IMG/VR virus record: IMGVR_UViG_3300032236_000747
Location: 124,001-188,000 of that record
Strand: one strand, 5' to 3'
Length of the DNA: 64,000 bases
The position numbers and the translations under genes are program-made. This document shows positions 55,331-64,000 of this stretch, piece by piece. The notes under the pieces are model-generated. The model was not told the origin of the DNA, did no database searches, and worked only from the letters and a program-made list of their open reading frames with translations. How positions within the stretch are numbered: position 1 is the stretch's first letter; each line of letters starts with the position of its first letter.

Positions 55331-58300
55331 ATGGCCTACACTGATCAAAATCTTGTCATAATCCCGAATATAGGTAGTAGTACCGACGTCCCTAAGATAG
55401 TTTTTACGGCGTCTAATACCACTACCACTGCTACAATCACACTGAGAGCCTATCCTATCAACAGCGGACAGCTGAGTTTTGAAGGTAGTGCTGGACAGTT
55501 ATTCAGCATCAATAATACACTAGCCGGTAATATTTTTAGTGTCAACGATATATCGGGTATACCTAGTATTACTGTATCTGATACAGGTACTGTGGCTCTT
55601 GCTCCGTATAACGGATATGTACAAATCGGAGTAACTACATCTGCTACTTCAACTTCTACAGGCGCTCTAGTGGTTACAGGTGGTCTTGGTGTCGGTGGCA
55701 GCATTTATGCGGGAAACATTTACAGTAATGGTACATTAATTACTGCCGGTGGCGGAACTACTGCTACTAACACAGCCAGCGGATCGTTAATAGGTTATAC
55801 AAATACTGCAACATTTAACATTGGTTTAGGTTATCAGTCGGGTAACTTGACCATGACTGGCGCTAATAACCTAGCTATTGGTCGGTGTGCTCTATGTAGT
55901 AATACTACTGGTATTAATAACTTCGCTGCCGGTGCGTTTGCTCTTAAATCAAACATAACAGGTGTTAACAATATAGCCATAGGATGTAACGCTTTATTCA
56001 ATAACACAGGCGGCGGCAATAACTTCGCGGCAGGTTACGGTGCTCTATGTTGTAATACTACATCTTATGGCAACACTGCTATCGGTTTTAGTGCCCTTAA
56101 ACTTAACACTTTTGGCGCAAATAACACTGCCATTGGACAACAAGCTCTTGGATTTAACACTACTGGTAACAACAACGTAGCAATTGGCCGTAGTTCTATG
56201 TTCTGCAACTCTAGCGGAACTGATAATACTGCAATCGGATACGGTTCATTATATCAAAATACCACTGGGTGCTATAACGTAGCAATCGGTTGCTGTGCCT
56301 TAACTTTTAACAGTAGTGGAATAAACAACATAGCTATTGGTGGCCAAGCTTCTTTAAACATATCAACCGGATCGTACAACGTTGCGATTGGTGACAGAGC
56401 GCTTCGCGGTACTTCATACTACGGCGTTGGTATAACTTCAGGATGCTATAACGTAGCGTTAGGCTCTCAAGCATTATACAGTATATCTACTGGTAGCTAT
56501 AACTTTGCTGTTGGATTATGTGCTTTATATAGTAACGTTACTGGATGCAATAACATTGCCTTTGGTCAATGTGCCGGACGATTTATTACTGGAGGAAGTA
56601 ATAACGTAGTTGTTGGCGGATACGGCCTAGCTAACTTTGCCAACAGCAATAGCAACATCATCTTGGCAACTGGTGCTGGGGTAGTTCAACAACTATTCAA
56701 TGCCACCGGTGCTGTAAGTTTTGGTTCAACAAGTTCATTTGGTACAGCTGGTCAGGTATTATGTAGTCAAGGACCTGGATTACCTCCTGCTTGGGCAGCA
56801 GCCAGCGGCGGCGGCTCTAGCGCAGCAGCTACTCCTACAGCACAAGGTTTAGTATTCGGATGGACTACTTCTACAGTTAATACCTGTAACGTAGCACTAG
56901 GCTATAATGCCGGTAATACGTCAATGACTGGCTCTAATAACGTAGCTATAACTGCGGGCGCCCTACAATCTAACACAACTGGTGCAAATAATATCGCAAT
57001 CGGTTATACAGCTTTACAGGTTAACACCATTGGATGTAATAACGTTGCTATTGGTTGCAATACTCAACGTACCAGTACCACTGGAGTTGGTAACGTAGCT
57101 GTTGGATTTTTAGCCTCTGGCAATCTGTGTGTTACTAGCTGTGATGTAGCCATAGGATTTGGCGCTCTTAATATATGTCAAGGATGTAGTTGCCGTAACG
57201 TAGCAATAGGACAGTGTGCTGTTAGTGGCGGACTTGGTCCATGGACTGGAACTGTTGCTACAGGTAACGTTGGTTTAGGTTACTGGGCAATGATGTGCAG
57301 TACAGGCACAGTTAGCTTGAACGTGGCCATAGGACCAAGCACTCTTTATTGTACAAATAATATTAATAGTAACGTGGCCATTGGTTCTTATGTTATGCAG
57401 TGTGTAAGCACTAGCTGTTACAACGTAGGTCTTGGTTATCAAACCATGTCTGCGTCTACTGCTAATAATGCTTTTAACTTTGCTGTAGGTTATGGTGCGT
57501 TGTTTGCATCTAACAACTCGTGTAATAACATTGCCATAGGATGCACAGCAATGTGTAAAAACCTGAGTGGTAGTTGTAATATTGCTCTTGGTCCTCAAAG
57601 TTTATTCAACAACTTAACTGGTAACCAAAACATAGCACTGGGACAGTCTTCTCTAAATAATAACCTAGGTGGTACTAACAATATTGGACTAGGAACCTGT
57701 GTACTTTATTGCAATACCGGCGGTTGTTATAATACAGCCATAGGTACAAACGCTTTATCTAGAAATACCACTGGTAACTGTAACCTTGCCATAGGTCCCG
57801 GCACACTATTTTTTAATACTTATGGTAGCTATAACATAGCATTAGGCAGTTCGAATACTTTATGTAATAATACTATTGGCTGCAGTAATATTGCTGTTGG
57901 TTATTATTCATCATATCAAAATATTAGTGGCAGTTATAACATTGCCCTTGGACAATTTAGTCTATCTAACAATACTACTGGTAACCTTAATATTGCCATA
58001 GGATGTAGCGCAGCGCAGTGTATTACTGGTTGTAGCAACGTTGCCATCGGTACATCAGCTATGTGGTTGGGCACAAATACCTGTGGTAGTATAGCGATTG
58101 GTCCAAGTTCTGGCGCTAAGTTTTCAGGCTGTTCTAACCTTGCGATAGGTAACTGTGCCGCTTATGGAACAACTACCGGTATAGATAACATTGCTATAGG
58201 TACCTGTACACTAAACTTTAACCGTAGCGGTAGTTTCAACATAGCCGTTGGAAAACAGGCACTTTATTGGAATACAGCTAGTTGTAATATTGCCATCGGC

Positions 58301-61300
58301 GTAACAGCCCTTTACGCTAATACCACTGGTGTTAATAATATAGCGTTTGGAGCAAACAGTCTTTATAATAACCAAGTTGGCTGTAACAACATAGCCGTGG
58401 GTTGTGGTGCGATGTATGGTGCTACCTCCGGCGGAGGATTTTTCAATAACGGCAATGATAACATAGCACTCGGTTGCGGTGCGCTACATTGTCTGTATTC
58501 CGGTTGCAGTAATATTGCTATCGGTTCCAACGCCCTAGGACTTAGCACAGGTACTAGTAATAACATTGCCTTGGGATGTGCTGCCCTATCTAGCAATACT
58601 ACTGGTTGCGGTAACTTTGCCGCTGGTTACCAAGCTATATATTCCAACACCACTGGTTGCGGAAATATTGCTGTTGGTTATGTTACTATGTGCTGTAACC
58701 TCATTGGTTCTGATAACGTTGCGTTAGGCTACGGTACACTAGCTAAGAATACTGGTAGTCAAAACATTGCTCTTGGATATAAAGCACTATGTGGAGCTAG
58801 TTATGGTTGTCGAAACGTAGCTATCGGCGGTTGTTCGCAATACTTTGCCACCTGCGCGGGTTATGGAAACGTAGCCGTGGGTTTCAATACGCTAGGCGGA
58901 GTGTCTGGCAGTGGTAACGTGGCTATTGGCTCTGGTGCTATGGGCACCACTCAAGGCGGCGGAGGCAGTGTTAATATTGCTATAGGTTGCAATGCGATGT
59001 CCACCTGTGTTGCGGGTACTAGCAATATTGCTATTGGAGACCATGCACTTCAAGCAGGACGTACTACTGGTTGTCATAACATTTCTATGGGTAGTTTTAG
59101 TCAATACTACGGGGGAGCCGGTTCTCATAATATTGGACTTGGGCAAACTGCACTTTACTGCAACACAGGCACTGGCTTTAATATTGCCCTCGGACAATGT
59201 GCATTAAGGTGTAGTACTACTGGAAACTTTAATATAGCCATTGGTGTATTATCAATGGTTTCAAATCTATACGGAAGATGTAATACAGCTCTGGGACATT
59301 GTACACTTTTCTGCAGCAGTGGCACTGGAAATATAGCTCTAGGTTACTATGCTGGACGTTGTATTACTACTGGTTCAAGCAACGTTATTATTGGCAGCTA
59401 CGGTGCAGCTGGCTTTGCTAACAGCAACAGTAACATCATCTTAGCCACCGGCGCTGGTGTAGTTCAACAACTATTCAACGCCACTGGTGCTGTTAGCTTT
59501 GGATCAACTAGCTCGTTTGGTACTGCTGGGCAGGTATTATGTAGTCAAGGACCTGGTTTACCACCTGCTTGGGCCGCAGCAAGTGGCGGTGGCGGATCTA
59601 GTGCAGCAGCTACACCCACAGCACAAGGTTCAGTATTTGGCTGGACTACAGCTACTACCTTTAATACAGCACTAGGTTATTGCGCAGGCAATACATCAAT
59701 GACCGGTCTATATAACATAGCTATCGGTAACTGTGCTCTGGTATCAAACACTACAGGTTGTAGCAATATTGCCATAGGCACCGGTTCGTTGGCGGCAAAC
59801 ACAATAGGGTACGGTAACATTGCTATGGGCCGTATTGCGCTCGCAGCTAATACCACCGGTGTTTGGAACGTTGCTATTGGACAATGCACGTTACGTGATA
59901 ATACCACAGGGCAGGGTAATATATCTATCGGCCAAGCATCTCTTCTACGTAATACTACTGGCATTAATAATACAGCAATAGGAACATGTAACCTTGCTCA
60001 AAATGCCGGCGGCAGTTATAATATTGCTATTGGTTATCAGGTCTTGACTTGTAATGTTAATGGATCTAATAATGTAGGCATAGGAAATTGTGTGCTTAGT
60101 GCAGCCAACTCAGGACAAAATAACACAGGTATAGGTTGTTTTGCTCTTCGTTGTAATGGCGCCGGTAGTGATAATACTGCTATAGGTGCGTTTGCCCTTT
60201 ACTGTAATACAACTGGTAATAATAACATAGCAATTGGAAATCGGGCCCTATGCCTTAATCTATACGGAAGCAATAACCTTGCTCTGGGATGTGGTTCTCT
60301 TTTTGCAAACAGTAGTGGAAATCATAATACTGCTATCGGATATAATGCGCTATGTTCAAACACCACAGGTTGTAATAACATTGCCATAGGTACTGGCACA
60401 TTGGCTTTAAACACAGTAGGCACTGACAATATTGCCATGGGATATTCAGCACTAGGTGCTAATATCACTGGTATTAATAACTTTGCTCTTGGTTGCAGAT
60501 CACTAGCTAGTCTAACTTATGGATGTAACAATACAGCTATCGGTCTATGTGCAGGAGTTAATTTAACTGGTTCATGTAATAGTATTGCTATAGGTCAAGG
60601 TGCATTATTTGGATCTGGCGGAAATAATAATATTGCTTTAGGATATGCGACATTAAACTTTACCAGGACCGGTAATAGTAATATTGCCATTGGCTGCGCC
60701 GCAATGAACAGTGCTGGAGGTAGTAATTGTAGCGTAGCTATTGGCAATAATACACTGCAAAATAACTGTGGCTCTTATAATGTTGCCATTCTTTCGTGTT
60801 CGTTGAATAGTAATACCACAGGTTGTAATAACATTGCCATAGGTACTGGCACATTGGCGTTAAACACAGTAGGCACTGATAACATTGCCATGGGATATAA
60901 TGCTCTTGGAGCTAATACTAGTGGTACTAGTAACTTTGCTGCAGGTTGTTTAGCGTTATCTAATAATACTGCCGGCAACTACAATACTGCCATTGGATTA
61001 TGTACATTAACCTGTAATTCATCTGGTAACCAAAACACTGCCATTGGCCTCTATGCGTTATTTTGTAACAGTTACGGATGTAATAACGTTGCTATTGGTG
61101 CCCAAGCACTTAGATCAAATTCTTCTGGATCAGATAACTTTGCTGTAGGATGCAGCGCTCTTACATCTAATCGAGTTGGATCTTATAACACAGCAATAGG
61201 TAAAAGTAGCCAGGTTGCTAACTGTTGCGGCAACAATAATATAAGTATCGGAGCCTGTGCATTATTTTGTAATTTAAGTGGCTCTAGTAATATTGCGCTT

Positions 61301-62749
61301 GGTCTTGCTTCTTTAAACAATAACCTTGCTAGCAATAATATAGCTATTGGAGACAATACTTTAAATAAAAATACAACTGGGGCTACTAACGTAGCACTAG
61401 GATACTGCGCTCTTTATTGCAATACTACTGGCATTTTAAATATTGCTATCGGCCAGTCAGCTGCTGCAAATGCTCCATCTGCTAGTTGTAATATAGCAAT
61501 CGGACAGTGTACATTATATTTGAATACCGGCGGTGCCAACGTTTCTATTGGCCCTTCACAAAATATGACCTTGTCTATCTGTGGATACAGTAATGTATCC
61601 ATAGGAACACAGACCATGTGCGCCCACGTTAGCGGTAGTAATAATACTGCTGTTGGCTCAATGGCCATGTTCTGTAATACAACAGGTAATAAGAATACCG
61701 CAATCGGTTATCAGGCATTAAGAAATGGTACAGGTAGTTGTAATCTTGCCCTAGGATACGGTAGTTTATATTATACCAGCGGCGGATGGAACGTCGGGGT
61801 AGGTCATTTGGTCATGGGCGGCGGCAGCGGCTCTGGTAACTTTAACATTGCTATGGGTTATCAGTCGGGATACGCATTATCTTCTGGATGTAATAACATT
61901 CTTATTGGCTACTGTGCGGGATGCGCTATCTTAGCTGGCTGCAACAACGTTGTTATTGGTGGTTACGGTCAAGTTAACCTTATTAACAGTAACAGTAATA
62001 TTGTCTTAGCCTCAGGCAATGGAGCAAATATTGGATTATTCTTTAATGCCAATAGTGCTGTAAGTTTTGGTTCATCAACTGGTTTTGGTATTGCTGGTCA
62101 ATCATTAATAAGTAACGGACCAAGCGCACCGCCAAGTTGGAGTTCTGCAGCCAGCGGTAGCTTAACCACTGGTACATTAAACATCAGTGAACAAACAGTT
62201 ATAGCAACCACAAACACATTCAGCGTTGTTGGCGGATATGTTCCCGGACAAATACAGGTATTTGCCAACGGTATTTTACTAGGTTCAACTGATTATACAG
62301 CGTCAATTAGTCCAACTGTTGTAACAAATAGATCTAGAAATCCAGGCGATGTCATGCGCTTCCAAGCATTGACAACAAACTTCTACAGCACTACAACATA
62401 TGCTTATAGTGTAAAAGAAATAACTGCTAGCTCAAATAATCAAACGGTGTACACAGTAAGTGGCGGTTACAACACAGGAACTAGCCAAATATTCTTAAAT
62501 GGTATTCAGCTACACAGCGCAGATTATACAGCAAATGATGGTTCTACCGTGGTATTAACTACTGGAACTGGTATTACCATAGGATCTATAGTGAGAGTTA
62601 TCAGTTTTAATAGCTTTAACGTATCAGGCGCACTACCACTCAGCGGCGGAACTGTTAACGGGGTAGTTAATGTACAAGGTACAATCAGACAAAATAACGT
62701 TCCTATCATAGCATTGAATGCTGCCATGAGCGTAGCACTGGGTGCGTAA
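55331..62749 (+). CDS. Giant Cys-rich fibre/adhesin with three YadA-head-like beta-roll segments (2472 aa)
   Basis: N-terminal 'LSFEGSAGQLFSI...IFSVNDISGIPSI' module; 14-aa NxA(I/L)G repeats split by 'SNIILATG...GAVSFG...FG.AGQVL.S.G...PP.W' connectors; two C-terminal '..Y..G..Q.F.NG..L...DYTA' domains. Confidence 0.85.
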   Translation: MAYTDQNLVIIPNIGSSTDVPKIVFTASNTTTTATITLRAYPINSGQLSFEGSAGQLFSINNTLAGNIFSVNDISGIPSITVSDTGTVALAPYNGYVQIGVTTSATSTSTGALVVTGGLGVGGSIYAGNIYSNGTLITAGGGTTATNTASGSLIGYTNTATFNIGLGYQSGNLTMTGANNLAIGRCALCSNTTGINNFAAGAFALKSNITGVNNIAIGCNALFNNTGGGNNFAAGYGALCCNTTSYGNTAIGFSALKLNTFGANNTAIGQQALGFNTTGNNNVAIGRSSMFCNSSGTDNTAIGYGSLYQNTTGCYNVAIGCCALTFNSSGINNIAIGGQASLNISTGSYNVAIGDRALRGTSYYGVGITSGCYNVALGSQALYSISTGSYNFAVGLCALYSNVTGCNNIAFGQCAGRFITGGSNNVVVGGYGLANFANSNSNIILATGAGVVQQLFNATGAVSFGSTSSFGTAGQVLCSQGPGLPPAWAAASGGGSSAAATPTAQGLVFGWTTSTVNTCNVALGYNAGNTSMTGSNNVAITAGALQSNTTGANNIAIGYTALQVNTIGCNNVAIGCNTQRTSTTGVGNVAVGFLASGNLCVTSCDVAIGFGALNICQGCSCRNVAIGQCAVSGGLGPWTGTVATGNVGLGYWAMMCSTGTVSLNVAIGPSTLYCTNNINSNVAIGSYVMQCVSTSCYNVGLGYQTMSASTANNAFNFAVGYGALFASNNSCNNIAIGCTAMCKNLSGSCNIALGPQSLFNNLTGNQNIALGQSSLNNNLGGTNNIGLGTCVLYCNTGGCYNTAIGTNALSRNTTGNCNLAIGPGTLFFNTYGSYNIALGSSNTLCNNTIGCSNIAVGYYSSYQNISGSYNIALGQFSLSNNTTGNLNIAIGCSAAQCITGCSNVAIGTSAMWLGTNTCGSIAIGPSSGAKFSGCSNLAIGNCAAYGTTTGIDNIAIGTCTLNFNRSGSFNIAVGKQALYWNTASCNIAIGVTALYANTTGVNNIAFGANSLYNNQVGCNNIAVGCGAMYGATSGGGFFNNGNDNIALGCGALHCLYSGCSNIAIGSNALGLSTGTSNNIALGCAALSSNTTGCGNFAAGYQAIYSNTTGCGNIAVGYVTMCCNLIGSDNVALGYGTLAKNTGSQNIALGYKALCGASYGCRNVAIGGCSQYFATCAGYGNVAVGFNTLGGVSGSGNVAIGSGAMGTTQGGGGSVNIAIGCNAMSTCVAGTSNIAIGDHALQAGRTTGCHNISMGSFSQYYGGAGSHNIGLGQTALYCNTGTGFNIALGQCALRCSTTGNFNIAIGVLSMVSNLYGRCNTALGHCTLFCSSGTGNIALGYYAGRCITTGSSNVIIGSYGAAGFANSNSNIILATGAGVVQQLFNATGAVSFGSTSSFGTAGQVLCSQGPGLPPAWAAASGGGGSSAAATPTAQGSVFGWTTATTFNTALGYCAGNTSMTGLYNIAIGNCALVSNTTGCSNIAIGTGSLAANTIGYGNIAMGRIALAANTTGVWNVAIGQCTLRDNTTGQGNISIGQASLLRNTTGINNTAIGTCNLAQNAGGSYNIAIGYQVLTCNVNGSNNVGIGNCVLSAANSGQNNTGIGCFALRCNGAGSDNTAIGAFALYCNTTGNNNIAIGNRALCLNLYGSNNLALGCGSLFANSSGNHNTAIGYNALCSNTTGCNNIAIGTGTLALNTVGTDNIAMGYSALGANITGINNFALGCRSLASLTYGCNNTAIGLCAGVNLTGSCNSIAIGQGALFGSGGNNNIALGYATLNFTRTGNSNIAIGCAAMNSAGGSNCSVAIGNNTLQNNCGSYNVAILSCSLNSNTTGCNNIAIGTGTLALNTVGTDNIAMGYNALGANTSGTSNFAAGCLALSNNTAGNYNTAIGLCTLTCNSSGNQNTAIGLYALFCNSYGCNNVAIGAQALRSNSSGSDNFAVGCSALTSNRVGSYNTAIGKSSQVANCCGNNNISIGACALFCNLSGSSNIALGLASLNNNLASNNIAIGDNTLNKNTTGATNVALGYCALYCNTTGILNIAIGQSAAANAPSASCNIAIGQCTLYLNTGGANVSIGPSQNMTLSICGYSNVSIGTQTMCAHVSGSNNTAVGSMAMFCNTTGNKNTAIGYQALRNGTGSCNLALGYGSLYYTSGGWNVGVGHLVMGGGSGSGNFNIAMGYQSGYALSSGCNNILIGYCAGCAILAGCNNVVIGGYGQVNLINSNSNIVLASGNGANIGLFFNANSAVSFGSSTGFGIAGQSLISNGPSAPPSWSSAASGSLTTGTLNISEQTVIATTNTFSVVGGYVPGQIQVFANGILLGSTDYTASISPTVVTNRSRNPGDVMRFQALTTNFYSTTTYAYSVKEITASSNNQTVYTVSGGYNTGTSQIFLNGIQLHSADYTANDGSTVVLTTGTGITIGSIVRVISFNSFNVSGALPLSGGTVNGVVNVQGTIRQNNVPIIALNAAMSVALGA
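56636..56848 (+). repeat. Connector module copy 1 (71 codons)
   Basis: Protein-identical to copy 2 apart from one extra Gly in copy 2. Confidence 0.9.
59414..59629 (+). repeat. Connector module copy 2 (72 codons)
   Basis: 27 synonymous and 0 non-synonymous differences from copy 1 by manual codon comparison. Confidence 0.9.
60362..60898 (+). repeat. 84-nt direct repeat, copies at 60362-60445 and 60815-60898
   Basis: 81/84 identical; encodes TTGCNNIAIGTGTLALNTVGTDNIAMGY. Confidence 0.9.
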
Positions 62750-62755
62750 ACAACA

Positions 62756-62761
62756 TAAATA
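62756..62761 (+). promoter_or_regulatory. Late promoter core TAAATA
   Basis: Upstream of SD ggag and ATG 62787. Confidence 0.6.
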
Positions 62762-62786
62762 GACAATATCGGAGATCTAAGAACAA

Positions 62787-64000
62787 ATGGCCAAGCAACT
62801 ACAACGGATTTATAGTTTCACCCCAGGAATAGCGGGTGCTGGAACGATTCAGATTCCCGGAAAAGTAGATTTAAATCAACTATTATTGATCACTAATGCT
62901 ACGACTAACGGATTTTTATACAACTTCGCAGATCCCACATATGCAGGAACTACAATAACCTTTACTAGGGGTAATAGCACAGCTTTTCCGCAGACTGTTC
63001 AAAACACCGATGGTTATACAACCATCACCCTAGCTGTTGATACTAGTTCAATGTTGTCTAGCCACAACATTCAGATCTTTACAGAACGTCCTGAGATTAT
63101 CACACGCCCCTGGGCCATGGGCACAGACGCCTTTGAACGTACTCGTGTTGCAGCTCCACAGTCCATGCTTGACGCTGACTTTGAATATGGACTACAACCA
63201 ACCAAATGGCAACAGATTGAAACCATGCGTGGTTATCCTAGTATCTATGAAGTTCCGGGTACTGACCAGACTATTCTTAGTATTACCACTGACGCTAGCG
63301 GCGGCGGGGGTAATGATATACAAAGTTTGATTACAATTACCACTCAGTTCCCTCATAACCTAACGGTTGGTGGTGCTGTTACTGTTAATAATTTACAATC
63401 AACTATCACAGCATATGCTAGAGCACAAGGCAACTTTATTATCAATAGTACACCTAGTCCTAACACGTTGACCTACTATGCCAAGGGCAAGGTAGGTGTT
63501 AACAACGGTGATAGATTAGACAACGTCTACACTATTGTACGTAAAGGATTGTTCTACACTGGTTCTAGTATCGGAACTAGCACGTTTGTTACTGCTGGCA
63601 GTGGAGCAAGTACCACGGGTACAATAACCGTTACATTTGCTGCTAACCACGGATTAATACCTGGCGAAACGATTATCACTATTATTAACTCAGACAACGG
63701 CAGTAATAATCATAACCTATGTCAAGGTAGTTTTTACATTACATCAACACCTACTCCTACCACACTAACATATAATGCTCGCAACGTGGGTACTATTACC
63801 GGTACTCCTATCGGCGGAATATATGCTCGTCCTGATGCGTTCTTTGTACATAGACCCCTCGATGGCGGTGTTATGTTAGGCACAGGCGGTCCAAGTCATG
63901 GCTATCATGCGATACGTATGAGTAAGAAGTACATACGTTATCAGTCTGGTAAAGCAGTTAACTATAATACTGCGGCTCTGTTTGCTCCTAACTATGACCT
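62787..64000 (+). CDS. Large virion structural protein, truncated by the window edge
   Basis: Not in the ORF track. Manual translation is open to the end: MAKQLQRIYSFTPGIAGAGTIQIPGKVDL...DAFERTRVAAPQSMLDADFEYGLQPTKW...HNLTVGGAV...NHGLIPGETI...HRPLDGGVMLGTGGP. Confidence 0.8.
   Translation, partial: MAKQLQRIYSFTPGIAGAGTIQIPGKVDLNQLLLITNATTNGFLYNFADPTYAGTTITFTRGNSTAFPQTVQNTDGYTTITLAVDTSSMLSSHNIQIFTERPEIITRPWAMGTDAFERTRVAAPQSMLDADFEYGLQPTKWQQIETMRGYPSIYEVPGTDQTILSITTDASGGGGNDIQSLITITTQFPHNLTVGGAVTVNNLQSTITAYARAQGNFIINSTPSPNTLTYYAKGKVGVNNGDRLDNVYTIVRKGLFYTGSSIGTSTFVTAGSGASTTGTITVTFAANHGLIPGETIITIINSDNGSNNHNLCQGSFYITSTPTPTTLTYNARNVGTITGTPIGGIYARPDAFFVHRPLDGGVMLGTGGPSHGYHAIRMSKKYIRYQSGKAVNYNTAALFAPNYD

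Noticed and set aside
5782-61668. The many 60-150 aa ORFs antisense to, or out of frame within, long genes (e.g. 5782, 7226, 11917, 16574, 32316, 36795, 46558, 57275, 59677)
   Set aside because: Fully nested in well-supported CDSs, with no RBS or motifs; they arise from codon bias and repetitive coding
43680-62000. Periodic 42-nt repeats as a CRISPR array or TIGR-like guide array
   Set aside because: The repeats are in-frame, conserved at protein level with wobble variation, and lack a constant repeat/unique spacer pattern; no cas-like gene in the window
63037-63330. 97-aa + strand ORF
   Set aside because: Out-of-frame overlap with the long ORF starting at 62787, which has an SD, a late promoter and structural motifs

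Overview
A 64 kb gene-dense segment (standard genetic code, no tRNA or CRISPR seen) of a large T4-like myophage, probably an uncultured jumbo-type lineage. The host cannot be determined from this window. 1-4.1 kb (- strand): baseplate genes (gp5-like spike running off the left edge, gp27-like hub, gp53/LysM-like wedge, gp48/54-like tube initiator). 4.2-9.2 kb (+): gp55-like late sigma factor, gp47/gp46 (Mre11/Rad50) with a 2OG-Fe(II) oxygenase between them, and a stand-alone GIY-YIG nuclease followed by about 440 nt of highly base-paired non-coding sequence. 9.7-20.5 kb: a low-complexity putative internal head protein, gp51/gp26-like hub assembly genes, tape measure, portal, scaffolds, prohead protease and major capsid protein. 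20.6-64 kb (+): a very large cluster of structural, fibre and adhesin genes built from shared modules, including two Cys-rich YadA-like beta-roll proteins of more than 2300 aa and three LamG-like lectins. A TAAATA late-promoter motif recurs before most structural genes. Best leads: (1) a canonical U_UUU_UUC -1 slippery site that would fuse gp26 to gp51, like the lambda G/GT tail chaperone; (2) the GIY-YIG gene plus downstream structured RNA candidate; (3) five helical repeats, spaced about 160 aa apart where adjacent, resembling the phycobiliprotein chromophore-binding helix (KCARDxG) in a 1901-aa virion protein; (4) a structured leader that sequesters the start codon of that gene. All family assignments come from motif recognition by eye; no database search was run.
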